From the NCBI RefSeq assembly GCF_009914755.1, contig NC_060932.1: a stretch of 64,000 nucleotides of DNA; one strand, written 5' to 3'. Positions 8,918 through 20,748 of this stretch are shown piece after piece. The stretch comes from the human T2T-CHM13v2.0 reference genome, Homo sapiens. Positions within the stretch are counted from its first letter, which is position 1. Every line of letters begins with the position of its first letter. Both the position numbers and the translations under genes were made by a program. The notes under the pieces were generated by a model. It did no database searches, had not been told where the DNA came from, and was given only the letters and a program-made list of their open reading frames with translations.

Positions 8918-10586
8918 TCCAGAATTCCCACTGCCCTCTCATCAGCCTGCCCAGAGCTTCGGGCTCTGGGTGCCCCAGATGCACAAGCAGGCCTCAGCAT
9001 TTGTGGACATCCAGGCGGAGCCCCAGAACAGGGGTCCGGCGGTGCCCCCAGCGTGGCCCAAGATGGTGACGGAGTCGTGCTACTTCCCTGCGCAGAGGGG
9101 ATCGGCCTGCCGCTTGCCAGCCGCCCCAAGGCTGACAGAGAGGCCCTCGGGAGTCCGCATCTCAGCCCCCAGGAAGAGGAAGACGATCGCCCACTCTTCC
9201 AGCCCTTGCTTGGTCACAGGTTACACAGATGCCAAGAGAACCCGGGTGGCCAGCAGCAGCCAACGCTCCCGTGGCTCCAAGGTCGGCAGACAGCCAGGGA
9301 AGACGCGCAACAGGTCAGGGATGGCATGCAAGACCACCGCCACCACCAGCTCTAAGCGAATCGTCCGTCGTGCATCCTTACCGAGTTTGAGTTTGAAGAA
9401 ACCCATTATCCTCCGAAGCTCTGGGTGCCAAGTCCCCACCGTCCTCCGCCGAGGCTATCTCCAACTGTTCACCGAAGAGTGTCTCAAGTTCTGCGCCTCC
9501 AAGCAGGAGGCCGAGGAGAAGGCGCTGAACGAGGAGAAGGTGGCCTACGACTGCAGCCCCAACAAGAACAGGTACCTGAACGTGGTCCTGAACACCCTCA
9601 AGAGACTGAAGGGCCTGACCCCCAGCTCCATGCCCGGCCTCAGCAGGGCCGCCCTGTACAGCCGCCTCCAGGAGTTCCTGCTCACCCAGGACCAGCTCAA
9701 GGAGAACGGCTACCCCTTCCCGCACCCCGAGCGGCCCGGAGGCGCCGTCCTCTTCACTGGCCAGGGGAAGGGGCCCGGCGACTCCTCCTGCAGGGTCTGC
9801 TGCCGTTGTGGCACCGAGTACCTGGTGTCCTCCTCGGGCCGCTGTGTACGCGACCAGTTGTGTTATTATCACTGGGGGCGGGTCCGCTCGAGCCAGGTGG
9901 CTGGAGGCCGGGTTAGCCAGTACACCTGCTGTGCAGCTGCTCCTGGCTCTGTGGGCTGCCAGGTGGCAAAGCAGCACGTGCGGGACGGCCGCAAGGAGAG
10001 CCTCGATGGCTTCGTGGAGACCTTCAAGAAAGAGTTGTCCAGAGACGCTTATCCAGGAATCTACGCCTTGGACTGTGAGATGTGCTACACCACGCATGGC
10101 CTAGAGCTGACCCGCGTCACCGTGGTGGACGCCGACATGCGAGTGGTGTACGACACCTTCGTCAAGCCCGACAACGAGATCGTGGACTACAACACCAGGT
10201 TTTCCGGAGTCACCGAGGCCGACGTCGCCAAGACGAGCATCACGTTGCCCCAAGTCCAAGCCATCCTGCTGAGCTTTTTCAGCGCCCAAACCATCCTCAT
10301 CGGGCACAGCCTGGAGAGCGACCTGCTGGCCCTGAAGCTCATCCACAGCACCGTGGTGGACACGGCCGTGCTCTTCCCGCACTACCTGGGTTTCCCCTAC
10401 AAGCGCTCCCTCAGGAATCTCGCGGCCGACTACCTGGCACAGATCATCCAGGACAGCCAGGACGGCCACAACTCCAGCGAGGACGCAAACGCCTGCCTGC
10501 AGCTGGTGATGTGGAAGGTCCGACAGCGCGCCCAGATCCAGCCACGCCACCGGTCCGCCTCTCCCGCCGCCCTGGCCTGTCCTTAG
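8559..10586 (+). CDS. REXO1L1: REXO1-like putative 3'-5' exonuclease GOR, 675 aa, intronless (copy 1; L66)
   Basis: First ATG 8559 (the track starts at upstream TTG 8514). DEDDh motifs [14 protein letters not shown] and [12 protein letters not shown]1-type RVCCRCG..CYYHWG..CC..GC domain. The exact paralog name cannot be assigned; family members are often annotated as pseudogenes. Confidence 0.9.
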   Translation: MLRATAPCWFPPGYPEAKKVAEEAALEASRHLGGEQSQAGAPEGSKMLRATAPCWFRPGYPEAKKLAKEAAPEASRHLGAEQSPAGAPEGSKMLRATAPCWFPPGYPEAKKVAEEAALEAPEFPLPSHQPAQSFGLWVPQMHKQASAFVDIQAEPQNRGPAVPPAWPKMVTESCYFPAQRGSACRLPAAPRLTERPSGVRISAPRKRKTIAHSSSPCLVTGYTDAKRTRVASSSQRSRGSKVGRQPGKTRNRSGMACKTTATTSSKRIVRRASLPSLSLKKPIILRSSGCQVPTVLRRGYLQLFTEECLKFCASKQEAEEKALNEEKVAYDCSPNKNRYLNVVLNTLKRLKGLTPSSMPGLSRAALYSRLQEFLLTQDQLKENGYPFPHPERPGGAVLFTGQGKGPGDSSCRVCCRCGTEYLVSSSGRCVRDQLCYYHWGRVRSSQVAGGRVSQYTCCAAAPGSVGCQVAKQHVRDGRKESLDGFVETFKKELSRDAYPGIYALDCEMCYTTHGLELTRVTVVDADMRVVYDTFVKPDNEIVDYNTRFSGVTEADVAKTSITLPQVQAILLSFFSAQTILIGHSLESDLLALKLIHSTVVDTAVLFPHYLGFPYKRSLRNLAADYLAQIIQDSQDGHNSSEDANACLQLVMWKVRQRAQIQPRHRSASPAALACP

Positions 10587-10710
10587 CCCCAGGCCTCTTC
10601 CAAAACCGCCATCAGTCCCGAGAGCTCACCCTGCCCACCTCGCCGCAAAGCGAAAGAAACTGGAGCAGCCGGCGGCAGGAGAGGGCAAAAAGCCAAGAGT
10701 AACCCCAACC

Positions 10711-10920
10711 CCCCACTCCCGGTCCCCCGGAATCCCTGCCGCGGCCCCTCGGGCCTGTCCACATCCCTCTGCCCCTCCCAGACCTCTGTCCTTCCACCAA
10801 TCGCCTCCCGCAGCCCCGAGCCGCCACTCCCAGTCCCCCGAGTCCCTGCCGCGCGCCCTCGCGCCTGTCCACATCCCTCTGCCCATCCGAGACCTCTGTC
10901 CTTACACCACTAGCCACCCC
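10711..10920 (+). repeat. Diverged ~110-bp C-rich tandem duplication 3' of the stop (every unit)
   Basis: ccactccc at 10713 and 10824; cctgtccacatccctctgccc at 10754 and 10864. Confidence 0.85.
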
Positions 10921-11024
10921 ACGTGGGACTTCCATGGCTTCTGAGTACAAGGCCAGCCCCCCGGCCCACCAGCTTTCGGAATGCCTGCTTACCTCTTTTT
11001 CTGTAGAGGCACCACAGGGAGGTG

Positions 11025-11150
11025 GGTGAAGCACTTCGGCTCTGGAGTTACAGATCTGGGTTCAAGGCCAAATTCCACCACTTACTAGGTTTGTAATATT
11101 GGACAGATAACGTCTTTGCGCTTCTACCTTTTGGTCTTTAAAGTGTGATC
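11025..11150 (+). mobile_element. MIR SINE, 5' half (interrupted by the L1; repeated in every unit)
   Basis: ggctctggagttacagatctgggttcaag..ccaccacttactagg resembles the MIR tRNA-like head. Confidence 0.7.
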
Positions 11151-14100
11151 AAAAGAGACTTAGACTCCCACATAGTAATAATAATAATAATGGCAAACTT
11201 AACACCCCACTGTCAACATTAGACACACCAACGAGACAGAAAGTTAGAAAAGGATATCCGGGAATTGAGCTCAGCTCTGCACCAAGCGGACCTAGGAGAC
11301 ATCTACAGAACGCTCCACCCCAAATCAACAGAATATACATTCTTCTCAGCACCACATCACACTTATTTCCACATTGACCACATAGTTGGAAGTAAAGCAC
11401 TCCTCAGTAAAAGTAAAATAACAGAAATTATTACAAACGGTCTCTCAGACCACATTGCAATCACACTAGACCTCAGGATTGAGAAACTCACTCAAAACCG
11501 CTCAACTGCATGGAAACCGGACAAGCTGCTCCTGAATGAGTACTGGGTACATAACGAAATGAAGGCAGAAATAAAGATATTCTCTGAAAGCAATGAGAAC
11601 AAAGACACAACATACCAGAATCTCTGGGACACATTTAAAGCAGTGTGTAGAGGGAAATTTATAGCACTAAATGCCCACAAGGGAAAGCAGGAAAGATCAA
11701 AAATGCATACCCTAACATCACCATTAAAAGGATGAGAGAAGCAAGAGCAAACACATTCAAAAGCTAGCAGAAGGCAAGAAATAACTAAGATCCGAGCAGA
11801 ACTGAAGGAGATAGAGACCCAAAAAACCCTTCAAAAAATCAATGAATCCAGGAGCGGGTTTTTTGAAACCATCAACAAAATTGATAGACCACTAGCAAGA
11901 CTATTAAAGAATGAAAGAAAGAAGAATCAAGCAGATGCAATAAAAAATGATAAAGGGGATATCACCACTGATCCCCCAGAAGTACAAACTACCATGAGAG
12001 AATACTGTCAACACCTCTAGGCAAACAAACTCGGAAATCTAGAAGAAATGAATAAATTCCTGGACACATGCAACCTCCCCAGAGTAAACCAGGAAGAAGT
12101 TGAATGCCTGAATAGACCAATAACAGGCTCTGAAATTGAGGCAATAATTAATAGCCTATCAAGCAATAAAACTCCAGGACCAGACGGATTCACAGCCGAA
12201 TTCTACCAGAAGTACAAGGAGGAGCTGGTACCATTCCTTCGGAAACTATTCCAATCAACAGAAAAAGAGGGAATCCTCCCTATCTCATTTTATGAGGCCA
12301 GCATCATCCTGATCCCAAAGGCTGAGAGAGACACAACCAACAAAGAGAATTTTCGGCCCATATCCCTGAGGAACACCGATGGAAAAATCCTCCATAAAAT
12401 GCTGGCAAACCGAATCCAGCAGCACATCAAAGAGCTTATCCATTATGATCAAGTGGGCTTCATCCCTGACATGCAAGGCTGGTCCAACATATGCAAATCA
12501 ATAAACATAATCCAGCATATAATCGGAACCAAAGACAGAAACCACGTGATTATCTCAACAGATGCAGAAAAGGCCTTTGACAAAATTCAACAGCCTTTCA
12601 TGCCAAAAACTCTCAATAAATTAGGTACTGATGGGACATACCTCAAAATAATAAGGGCTATTTAGGGCAAACCCACAGCCAATATCATACTGAATGGGCA
12701 AAAAGTGGAAGCATTCCCTTTGCAAACTGCCACAAGACAGGGGTGCCCTCTCTCACCACTCCTATTCAACATAGTGTTGGAACTTCTGGCCAGGGCAATC
12801 AGGCAGGAGAAAGAAATAAAGAGTAATCAATTAGGAAAAGAGGAAGTCAAATTGTCCCTGTTTGTAGATGACATGATTGAATATTTAGAAAACCCCATCG
12901 TCTCAGCCCAAAATCTCCTTAAGCTGATAAGCAACTTCAGCAAAGTCTCAGGATACAAAATCGATGTGCAAAACACACAAGCATTCTCATACACCAATAA
13001 CAGGCAAACAGAGAGCCAAATCATGACTGAGCTCCCATTCACAATTGCTTCAAAGAGAATAAAATTCTGAGGAATCCAACTAACAAGGGATGCGATGTGC
13101 GAAGGACCTCTTCAAGGAGAACTACAAACCACTGCTCCACGAAATAAAAGAGGACACAAACCAATGGAAGAATATTCCATGCTCACGGTTAGGAAGAATC
13201 AGTATCGTGAAAATGGCCATACTGCCCAAGGTATATTATAGATCCAATGCCATCCCCATCAAGCTACCAAGGACTTTCTTCACAGAATTGGAAAAAACTA
13301 CTTGAAAGTTTACATGGAACCACAAAAGGGCCCCCACTGCCAAGATAATCCTAAGCCAAAAGAACAAAGGTGGAGGCATCAAGCTACCCGACTTCAAACT
13401 ACACTACAAGCCTACAGTAACCAAACAGCATGCTGTTGGTTGCCTTTTTGGTTACTGTAGACCAATGGAACAGAATAGAGCCCTCAGAAATAATACGACA
13501 CGTCTACAACCGTCGGATCTTTGACAAACCTGACAAAAACAAGAAATGGGGAAAGGATTCCCTATTTAATAAATGGTGCTGGGAAAACTGGCTAGCCATA
13601 TGTCCGAAGGTGAAATTGGATCCCTTCCTTACACCTTATGCAAAAGTTTATTCAAGACGGATGAAAGACTTAAATGTTACATCTTAAGCCATACAAACCC
13701 TAGGAGAAAACCTAGGCAATACCATTCAGGACATAGGCATGGGCAAGGACCTCATGTCTAAAACGCCAAAAGCAAAGGCAACAAAAGCCAATATTGACAA
13801 ACGGCATCTAATTACACTAAAGAGTTTCTGCACAGCTAAAGAAACTCCCATCAGAGTGAACAGGCATGCTACAGAAAGGGAGAAAATTTTTGCAATCTAC
13901 TCATCTGACAAAGGGCTAATATCCAGAATCTACTAAGAACTCAAACAGAGTTACAAGAAAAACCAAACAACCCCATCAACAAGTGCGGGAAGGATATGAA
14001 GAGACACTTCTAAAAAGAAGACATTTATGCAGCCAACAGACACATGAAAAAATGCTCATCAACACTGGTCATCAGAGAAATGCAAATCAAATCCGCAAAG

Positions 14101-14822
14101 AGATATCGTCTCACACCAGTTAGAATAGCGATCAATAAAAAAGTCAGGAAACAACAGGTGCTGGAGAGGTAGTGGAGAAATAGGGACACTTTTACACTGC
14201 TGGTGGGACTGTAAACCAGTTCAGCGGTTGTGGAAGATAGTGTGGCGAATCCTCAAGGATCTAGAATTAGAAATACCATTTGACCCAGCCGTCCCATTAC
14301 TGGGTATACACCCATAGGACTATAAATCATGCTGCTAAAAGGACACACGCAGACGTATGTTTATTGCGGCACCGTTCACAGTAGCAAAGACTTGGAACCA
14401 GCCCAGATGTCCATCAATGATAGACTGGATTAAGGAAACGTGGCACAAATACACCGTGGAATACTATGCAGCCATAAAAAAGCATGTGTTCATGCCCTTC
14501 GGAGGGACACGGATGAAGCTGGAAACCATCATTCTTAGCAAACTATCGCAAGGACAAAAAAACCAAACACCGCGTGATCCCACTCATAGGTGGGAATTGA
14601 ACTAGGAGAACACTTGGACGCAGAAAGGGGAACATCACACACCGGGGCCTGTCATGGGCGGGGGGAGGGGGAGGGATAACATTAAGAGATATACCTAATG
14701 TAAATGACTAGTGAATGGGTGCAGCACACCAACATGGCACGTGCTTACATACGTAATAAACCTGCACGTTGTGCACATGTACCCTAGTAATTAAAGTATA
14801 ATTTTAAAAAAAATGGAAAACG
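11151..14822 (+). mobile_element. 5'-truncated, defective L1PA (~3.7 kb, starts within the ORF2 endonuclease domain)
   Basis: EN peptides ([14 protein letters not shown]) and RT motifs with multiple stops. Flanked by 11-bp TSD AAAGTGTGATC (11140-11150 and 14823-14833) at a TTT/AAAG L1-EN site. Confidence 0.97.
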
Positions 14823-14925
14823 AAAGTGTGATCCTAATGTCATGGTGCGGACTGAATGAAGCAGCACATGGCAAGCCTTAAAACGATCGCACATAGTAGG
14901 TGTTCAATTAATGTTAACTATATTT
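14823..14925 (+). mobile_element. MIR SINE, 3' half (also 2633-2735 and every unit)
   Basis: gcacatagtaggtgttcaattaatgttaactat resembles the MIR 3' end gcacatagtaagcgctcaataaatgttagctat. Confidence 0.7.
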
Positions 14926-17900
14926 CTTTTCTATAATAGTTTATAAAGGGAATTCATGAACACTATGTGATTAATCCTTGGAACAACCCAACAGGTAGGT
15001 AAATAAAGCCTAATTTTATACCTAAAGAAACCATGCGGCTTAACTTGCCCAAAATAATAATGATTGTAATGAGCACTGGCTGTTGGTTTCTTATGTACTC
15101 GGTACTTTGCACGTATTAACCCAGTCAGTCCTCCTAATAGTTGTGAGAGAGATAGCATTCTTATCCCCATTTTACAGATGAGGAACCTGAAGCCCAGGTG
15201 ATAAGTAGTTTATCCAAGGTATCATAGCTAGAAGTCGGGTGCAGGCAGTCTGGCTCCAGAGCCCCTGCTCTGTCCGCTGACCTAGCTGACTTCCCAAGAG
15301 TCAAAGTGGATTCTTCCCCAAGACCAACCAATTACAATGACTGAATCAGTCAGTCAACTTCGAACTGGGCTCCAAGAGAGTATGAACCATCATGCCTCTC
15401 TAAATCCTCATTTCTAGTTTGAATCTTCAAGGAGAGATAGACACTAAGTAGCTAGTTTTGCTGGAATGGCTGATTTTATCAATGTTTTCGGTGTGTGAGT
15501 GTGTGTGTGTGTATATGTATAGAACTAAATTAAACTGATAATTTGAATGCTTACACTTCCATTAGTTCAATTTGTGTATGTGAGCCCTCACACACATACA
15601 TACACACACACAAACTGTTCCAGAACAGTGACTTAGTGAAAAACTGGATTTCCACTCTGTCAGACAAATTTCGGAAAGCACTGAAGTAGGGCATTTCTGA
15701 TTGATTTTACCGTTCCCGGAATTTTATTTTCCTTTATCACTTAGACCCCTTCTGTGGGGATTTAATAAATAAACGTCTTTTGTAGTGTATGTTATTTCAT
15801 TTTATTTTTATAATTTATATGAATTTTAATTTTAACTTGACAAATAAAAATTATATATATTTATGGCATACAACATGATGTTTCATACGTGTATACATTG
15901 TGGAATGACAAAATCAAGCTAATTAACACACTCGTTTCCTCACATACTGATTTTAATGTGATGAGGACATGTCTAAAATCTACTCTTATAGCAATTTTCA
16001 AGTATACAATACATACTTATACACTGTAGATGCCAGGCTGTTCAATAGATCTCTAGAACCATTCCTCTCTGAAATTTTGTATCATGAGACTATCATCTCT
16101 CCAGTCCCTCCCTGACCCCTGCCTCGGGTAACCACCGTTCTGCTCTCTACAGCTATGAGTTGCATTGTTTGAGATTGCACATATAAGTGAGATCATGCAG
16201 TATTTGTCTTTTTGTGCTTGCTTTTTAAATCTTTATTATGTAATTATTTATTTTTTGAGACAGGGTCTCAGTCTGTCACCCAGGCTGGAGTACAGTGACA
16301 CAAACACGGCTCACTCACCACGGCCTCCACCTCCCGGGGTCGAGAGTTCCTCCCGCTTCAGCCTCCTGAATAGCTAGGACTACAGGCGTCCAACGCCACA
16401 CTTGGCTAATTTTTGTGTTTCTTTTAGAGATGGGGTTTCACCATGTTGCCCAGGTTCATCTCCAACTCCTGGGCTCAACGCTTCCACCTGCCTTGGCCTC
16501 CCAAAGTACTGGGATTACAGGCATGAGCCACCGTGCCTGGCCTTTGCTTTCTTTCACTCAGTGTACCATCCTCTAGGCTCATTCGTGTTGCCAATGAGAT
16601 GATTTCTTTCTTTTTTAAGGCTGAATTGTGTTCTATTGGGTATATGTACCGCTTTTCTTTTTATGTTTAATTTTTTTTGGTTTTTTGAGACAGAGTTTCG
16701 CTCGCGTCGCCCAGGCTGGAGTGCAGTGGCGTGATTTCGAGTCACTACAACCTCTGCCTCCCAGGTTGAAGTGATTCTCCTGCCTCACCTGAGATTAGAG
16801 GCATGTACCGGCATGTCCGGCTAATTTTGTGTTTCTAGTAGAGATGGGGTTTCACCATGTTGGCCAGGCTGGTCTTGAACTCCAACAATTCTAATTCAAC
16901 TAATTTATTTTATAGAAATATTTATGTGTGAGAAACAATATTTCCAAGAGTCAAAGATTTAAAACTGCTTAATTGTACATCACTAAGTGGCTGGCTAATA
17001 AATTATAGTACGTTCATCCTTACGGAAGAATACTTTGCAGCTAAAACAGAACGAAAGAGAGGAAACTCTTCAAAATGTTAACTGGGAATGACGTTCAAGA
17101 CTTATTGTTAAATAAAACAAATTGAGAAGAAGAGTCGTTTATTGGTACTAAATTTGTGTCAGTAAAAATGGATTCTATACGTGGGATGGTTTATAAGTAT
17201 GTGGAAAAATTCTTTGATGGTTTTTCCTTGAAAAAGTGAAACCTAAATCCACTCCGTTTGGATGTGGGCCTATTTACGGTTGTTGCTTCCTAAACATAAA
17301 CTACGTTTAGGCTGATATTTCAGACAATGAAACCTTTGAGTGCCCGTAGCGGGAAGATCTCGGTTGCTGAGTGCAGGGAAGGAGGATGTAATTCCATCAT
17401 ATATACTCTCTGTGCCTATCGCATTTGGAACCATGCGAGTGATACCTATTTATAAAATAAAATAAACCAAGCAAAAGTACGAACTTAGCAACACTACATT
17501 GAGTTAATAGAACGGTATCTTGTATTTCTTCTGTCCAGGTATACTTATAAATGCCTGCAGGGATTTCACCACCTCAGGGTGGAGAGACTGAATGCTTGTG
17601 AGGGAATTAGGATGGTGGAATATTGGTGTTACCAGGGAAGGGGGCGGGATGTTTGAAAATGCTATGTTTACTCGTTCTTGGGTTCCAATAAAGGAGAAAC
17701 AGGGCACAGGAGTCGGAAGGACTAGTGGCAATAGTGATGAAAGGACCTCCTTATCATGCTGGCAATGTTAATTACCCAGGTGTAGGAAGCCATACACTGA
17801 GGCGGAAGATCGCAAGTCAGAGTGGCCGGCAGGCACAACCTCCTGGCACACCAGAGGCAGGTCTTCAATACCCACTGGTTTCCCCAACAGGCTGCGTAAG

Positions 17901-19324
17901 GGACCCTGAGCCACAGTGAGTTGGTCAAATGCTCCTGACAGTGTGGAGAAACCAACAGGCAAAACGTGGGTGCAAAAGTGATGAGACCCCACACTTTACA
18001 CTCGTGGTGACAATGAAGCTATTAAGTAACAGCTTCTCAACCTATGCTGTTTCCTGTTGGATGCACATAATCCATTTGCACTGCAGACAATTTTAGGATG
18101 TGGTTTACAGTAAGGTGGATGGTACCTTATGGCAAAAATCTCTCAGAAATTTATGTGTGGTTTTAAATTCATTCCAGTCCTAGCACGTTGCGCTTTTCAG
18201 AGACGCCATAGCTGTTTTTCCCTTTGTAATATCAAAGCAGTAATATCTTCTCTGGAGGCCTGTTGGGTGAATTTAATGGAATCAAGTTAAGTAGGTGCCA
18301 GAACCATTGCTGTTTTCCCTCCATAGCCCTGCCACCCACTGTAAAAAGGTTGATGAGATTACTTAATGATTTCCAATTAAGTTGTATTTCCAAATATCAT
18401 GATTTCCATTTTAATGTAGTTGGTATGGAGCTCTGTGAGTGTGTGCTTCTTTTATTATGGATCACGTTCAGCTTCTTTTTATTTGCCTCCTAGTCATAAT
18501 AGTAAAACTCTACTCCTCTACTCCGAGGAGTCCCTACCACCCATCTCATCACTTTCCAGCCCAGCACTCTTCATGCTCATTCCTTTAAAGCATTCAACAT
18601 TGTGTAAATGAATCTTGGAAGGCAAAAGCTACTGAATTTAGCGAATTTGTGGAGGCATTGCCACAAATCAGCCAGGTGAAGTTTCACACAATCGAAGACT
18701 GCACAACTCCTAGAAGGCAGCACTATGCTGCAAACCCAGACGGCCACTCTTCTCACCCCTCGTCCGTTTGCTGTTCTGGATAATGAGGTTCAAAAGTCAC
18801 CTAGGCAACTGCCAAAATAGCTGAAATGGAGAAAGGGCTTCAGGCTGGTGACTAGCAGAGGTCCACCTGACCCCCGTAAGCTGCTGAACAAGTAGGGCTG
18901 CCAGAAATGTCCCACTAGGGAATTTGGTAGAGACGAAGACATGCTCACCGGACAAGGGTTCCTCCCAGGATACGCCCGAGCGGAAGAAGCGGGCTCTGAG
19001 CCACGCCCTTTCACCCTCCTCTACCCCGCCCTGGGCTGGTGAAGGTGCGCGCCAGGATGTGGACTACTGAGCCCTGAAGAAATAAGTCCTTCCACTTTGA
19101 CCCCATGGAGGATTGCCTGTGAGGAACTTAAACGAGTCTACCAGTGTCTAGACACGGGGGCAGGTCTGTCCGGCACAGCAGCTCCCTCAAGGAGGAGAAG
19201 AGTGAGGAGAAAGGAAACTCAAGTCTCACCATTCTGTCCTGGGAGAGAAGAGGAGGATCTCATCTCTCATCTGTCCAAACAAGGCAAGGAGACTTTCTCT
19301 CATCTTTCCAAGCAAGGCAAGGAG

Positions 19325-20210
19325 ACTTTTTATCATTAGGAAACAAAAAGAATTTAGAAGGAATGAAAGCAGCCCGTAAGGTGAATTCCTAAGGACTGCC
19401 CATTGAAACTGACAAAATTGCCCTTGTTTGATGAGAGGAATGAGCAGAGCATTGATGTGGTGAACAAGGATCTAGTGAGACTTTCCCAGCATGTTTCTAC
19501 CAAAGCTTTATCTAAGCTTCTCAGAACACTCTCCTAATAAGCAGATGTTTGGCCTTTCAGAAAGTCAACAAGCAAAATGCCTTGAGTGTCCCAAAACACT
19601 GATGCCATGATGTGGGCTCCTGACTGGCCTCCTTTTCCTTTGACTGGACCACTGCCACCTCTTGGTAGCCATCGCTTTCATGATGCTTTGCCTTGGAGAT
19701 CATATTGGTGAAGCCATGTTCCAACTTCCGCTTACAATTTGTCAGAGGGATGCGTCAGGATCGTGATCCCTCCTGTTTAAAATTTCCACTGACAGCTCTC
19801 GTCGTAACTGCAGCTGATCTGGGCACAGTGGTTTTCACAGCCACTGCAGGATTCATCTTCCACATCTTCTCACCTCTTCTTGAAACAAGCTATACATTCG
19901 TAAAGAGTTCATTTCTTCGGGGTAGTGTCCTTACAAGCTTTTCTTAAAACGTCAATGATTTCTTCAATCTTCCACCCAAGCTTCACCATAAATTTGATGT
20001 TTCCTCTTGCTGCAATTTTCGTGGAATTCATGTTGCTCTGATGGGAGTCCTTTTCAGTGGATGTCTCATCCTTCTTAGTGCCTCAAACTAGATCTAGTTC
20101 AGAAAGGTTATCAGAAGTTAGGACAAGTTTATTTTAGTGCACACCAGTGGAAATCCATGCATAGTTTCTTCACCATGTGCATTTTCTATGAAGCTTTGGA
20201 AGACCACCTG
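19325..20210 (-). mobile_element. HSMAR2 remnant (array copy)
   Basis: Same sequence at +12,190. Confidence 0.88.
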
Positions 20211-20748
20211 TGTTGAACATTGCCCAAGTCCTGGGAGAGAAGTGGGTGCGGTCCGCTTCCTGTCCTCAATTTGCCCGCAGCGGCGGAGTGCACAGAGCAG
20301 GGAAAGGCAGCCCCAGAGGGATCCCGCCCTCCAGCATGCAGCAGACTGCTGGCCCAGTCCTGGCTCCAAGGGGTGCTGTGTGGGCCCAAGCAAGTTGACC
20401 AACCTCCCTGAACCTTAATTTAATCCTAGGTAGCCCAATTCCAGTAGCCATTATAGGACTGCCCTGCAGGGACAGTTACTTAACTCAGGAAAAGCAACCT
20501 AGCTCCAAGTTTAGCAACCGGGAGTTCCAGTTGATTCCATTAGCGCACCCCCTGAGGCATTCCCAAGCTGGAGTCTGGTGGAAGATGAGGCTCAGTGTGA
20601 TTGGACTGAAGCACCAACCTATCAAGGAGAAGTCCCACCCAGTCTGCCCTGTGCCTATATAAAGGCGACAAGTGGCGGCCGCAGCACTCATTGAAGCCGC
20701 CAGTTGGGAGAGGAGCAGAGCCAGGCCGGTGCTCCCGAAGGCAGCAAG

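Larger units (their letters stand above)
8480..10930. other. CpG-island-like GC-rich domain covering the gene (every unit); NotI site 8485-8492
   Basis: Visibly high GC and CpG density compared with the AT-rich flanks. Confidence 0.8.

Noticed and set aside
8295-11034. Overlapping alternative-frame and antisense ORFs (229, 239, 206, 195, 163, 149, 140 aa)
   Set aside because: Shadow ORFs expected in GC-rich, repeat-containing coding DNA; no recognisable domains.
11265-14605. L1 ORF2 fragments as an active reverse transcriptase or a novel RT+nuclease system
   Set aside because: 5'-truncated, no ORF1 or promoter, multiple stops and frameshifts; a passenger insertion with TSD.
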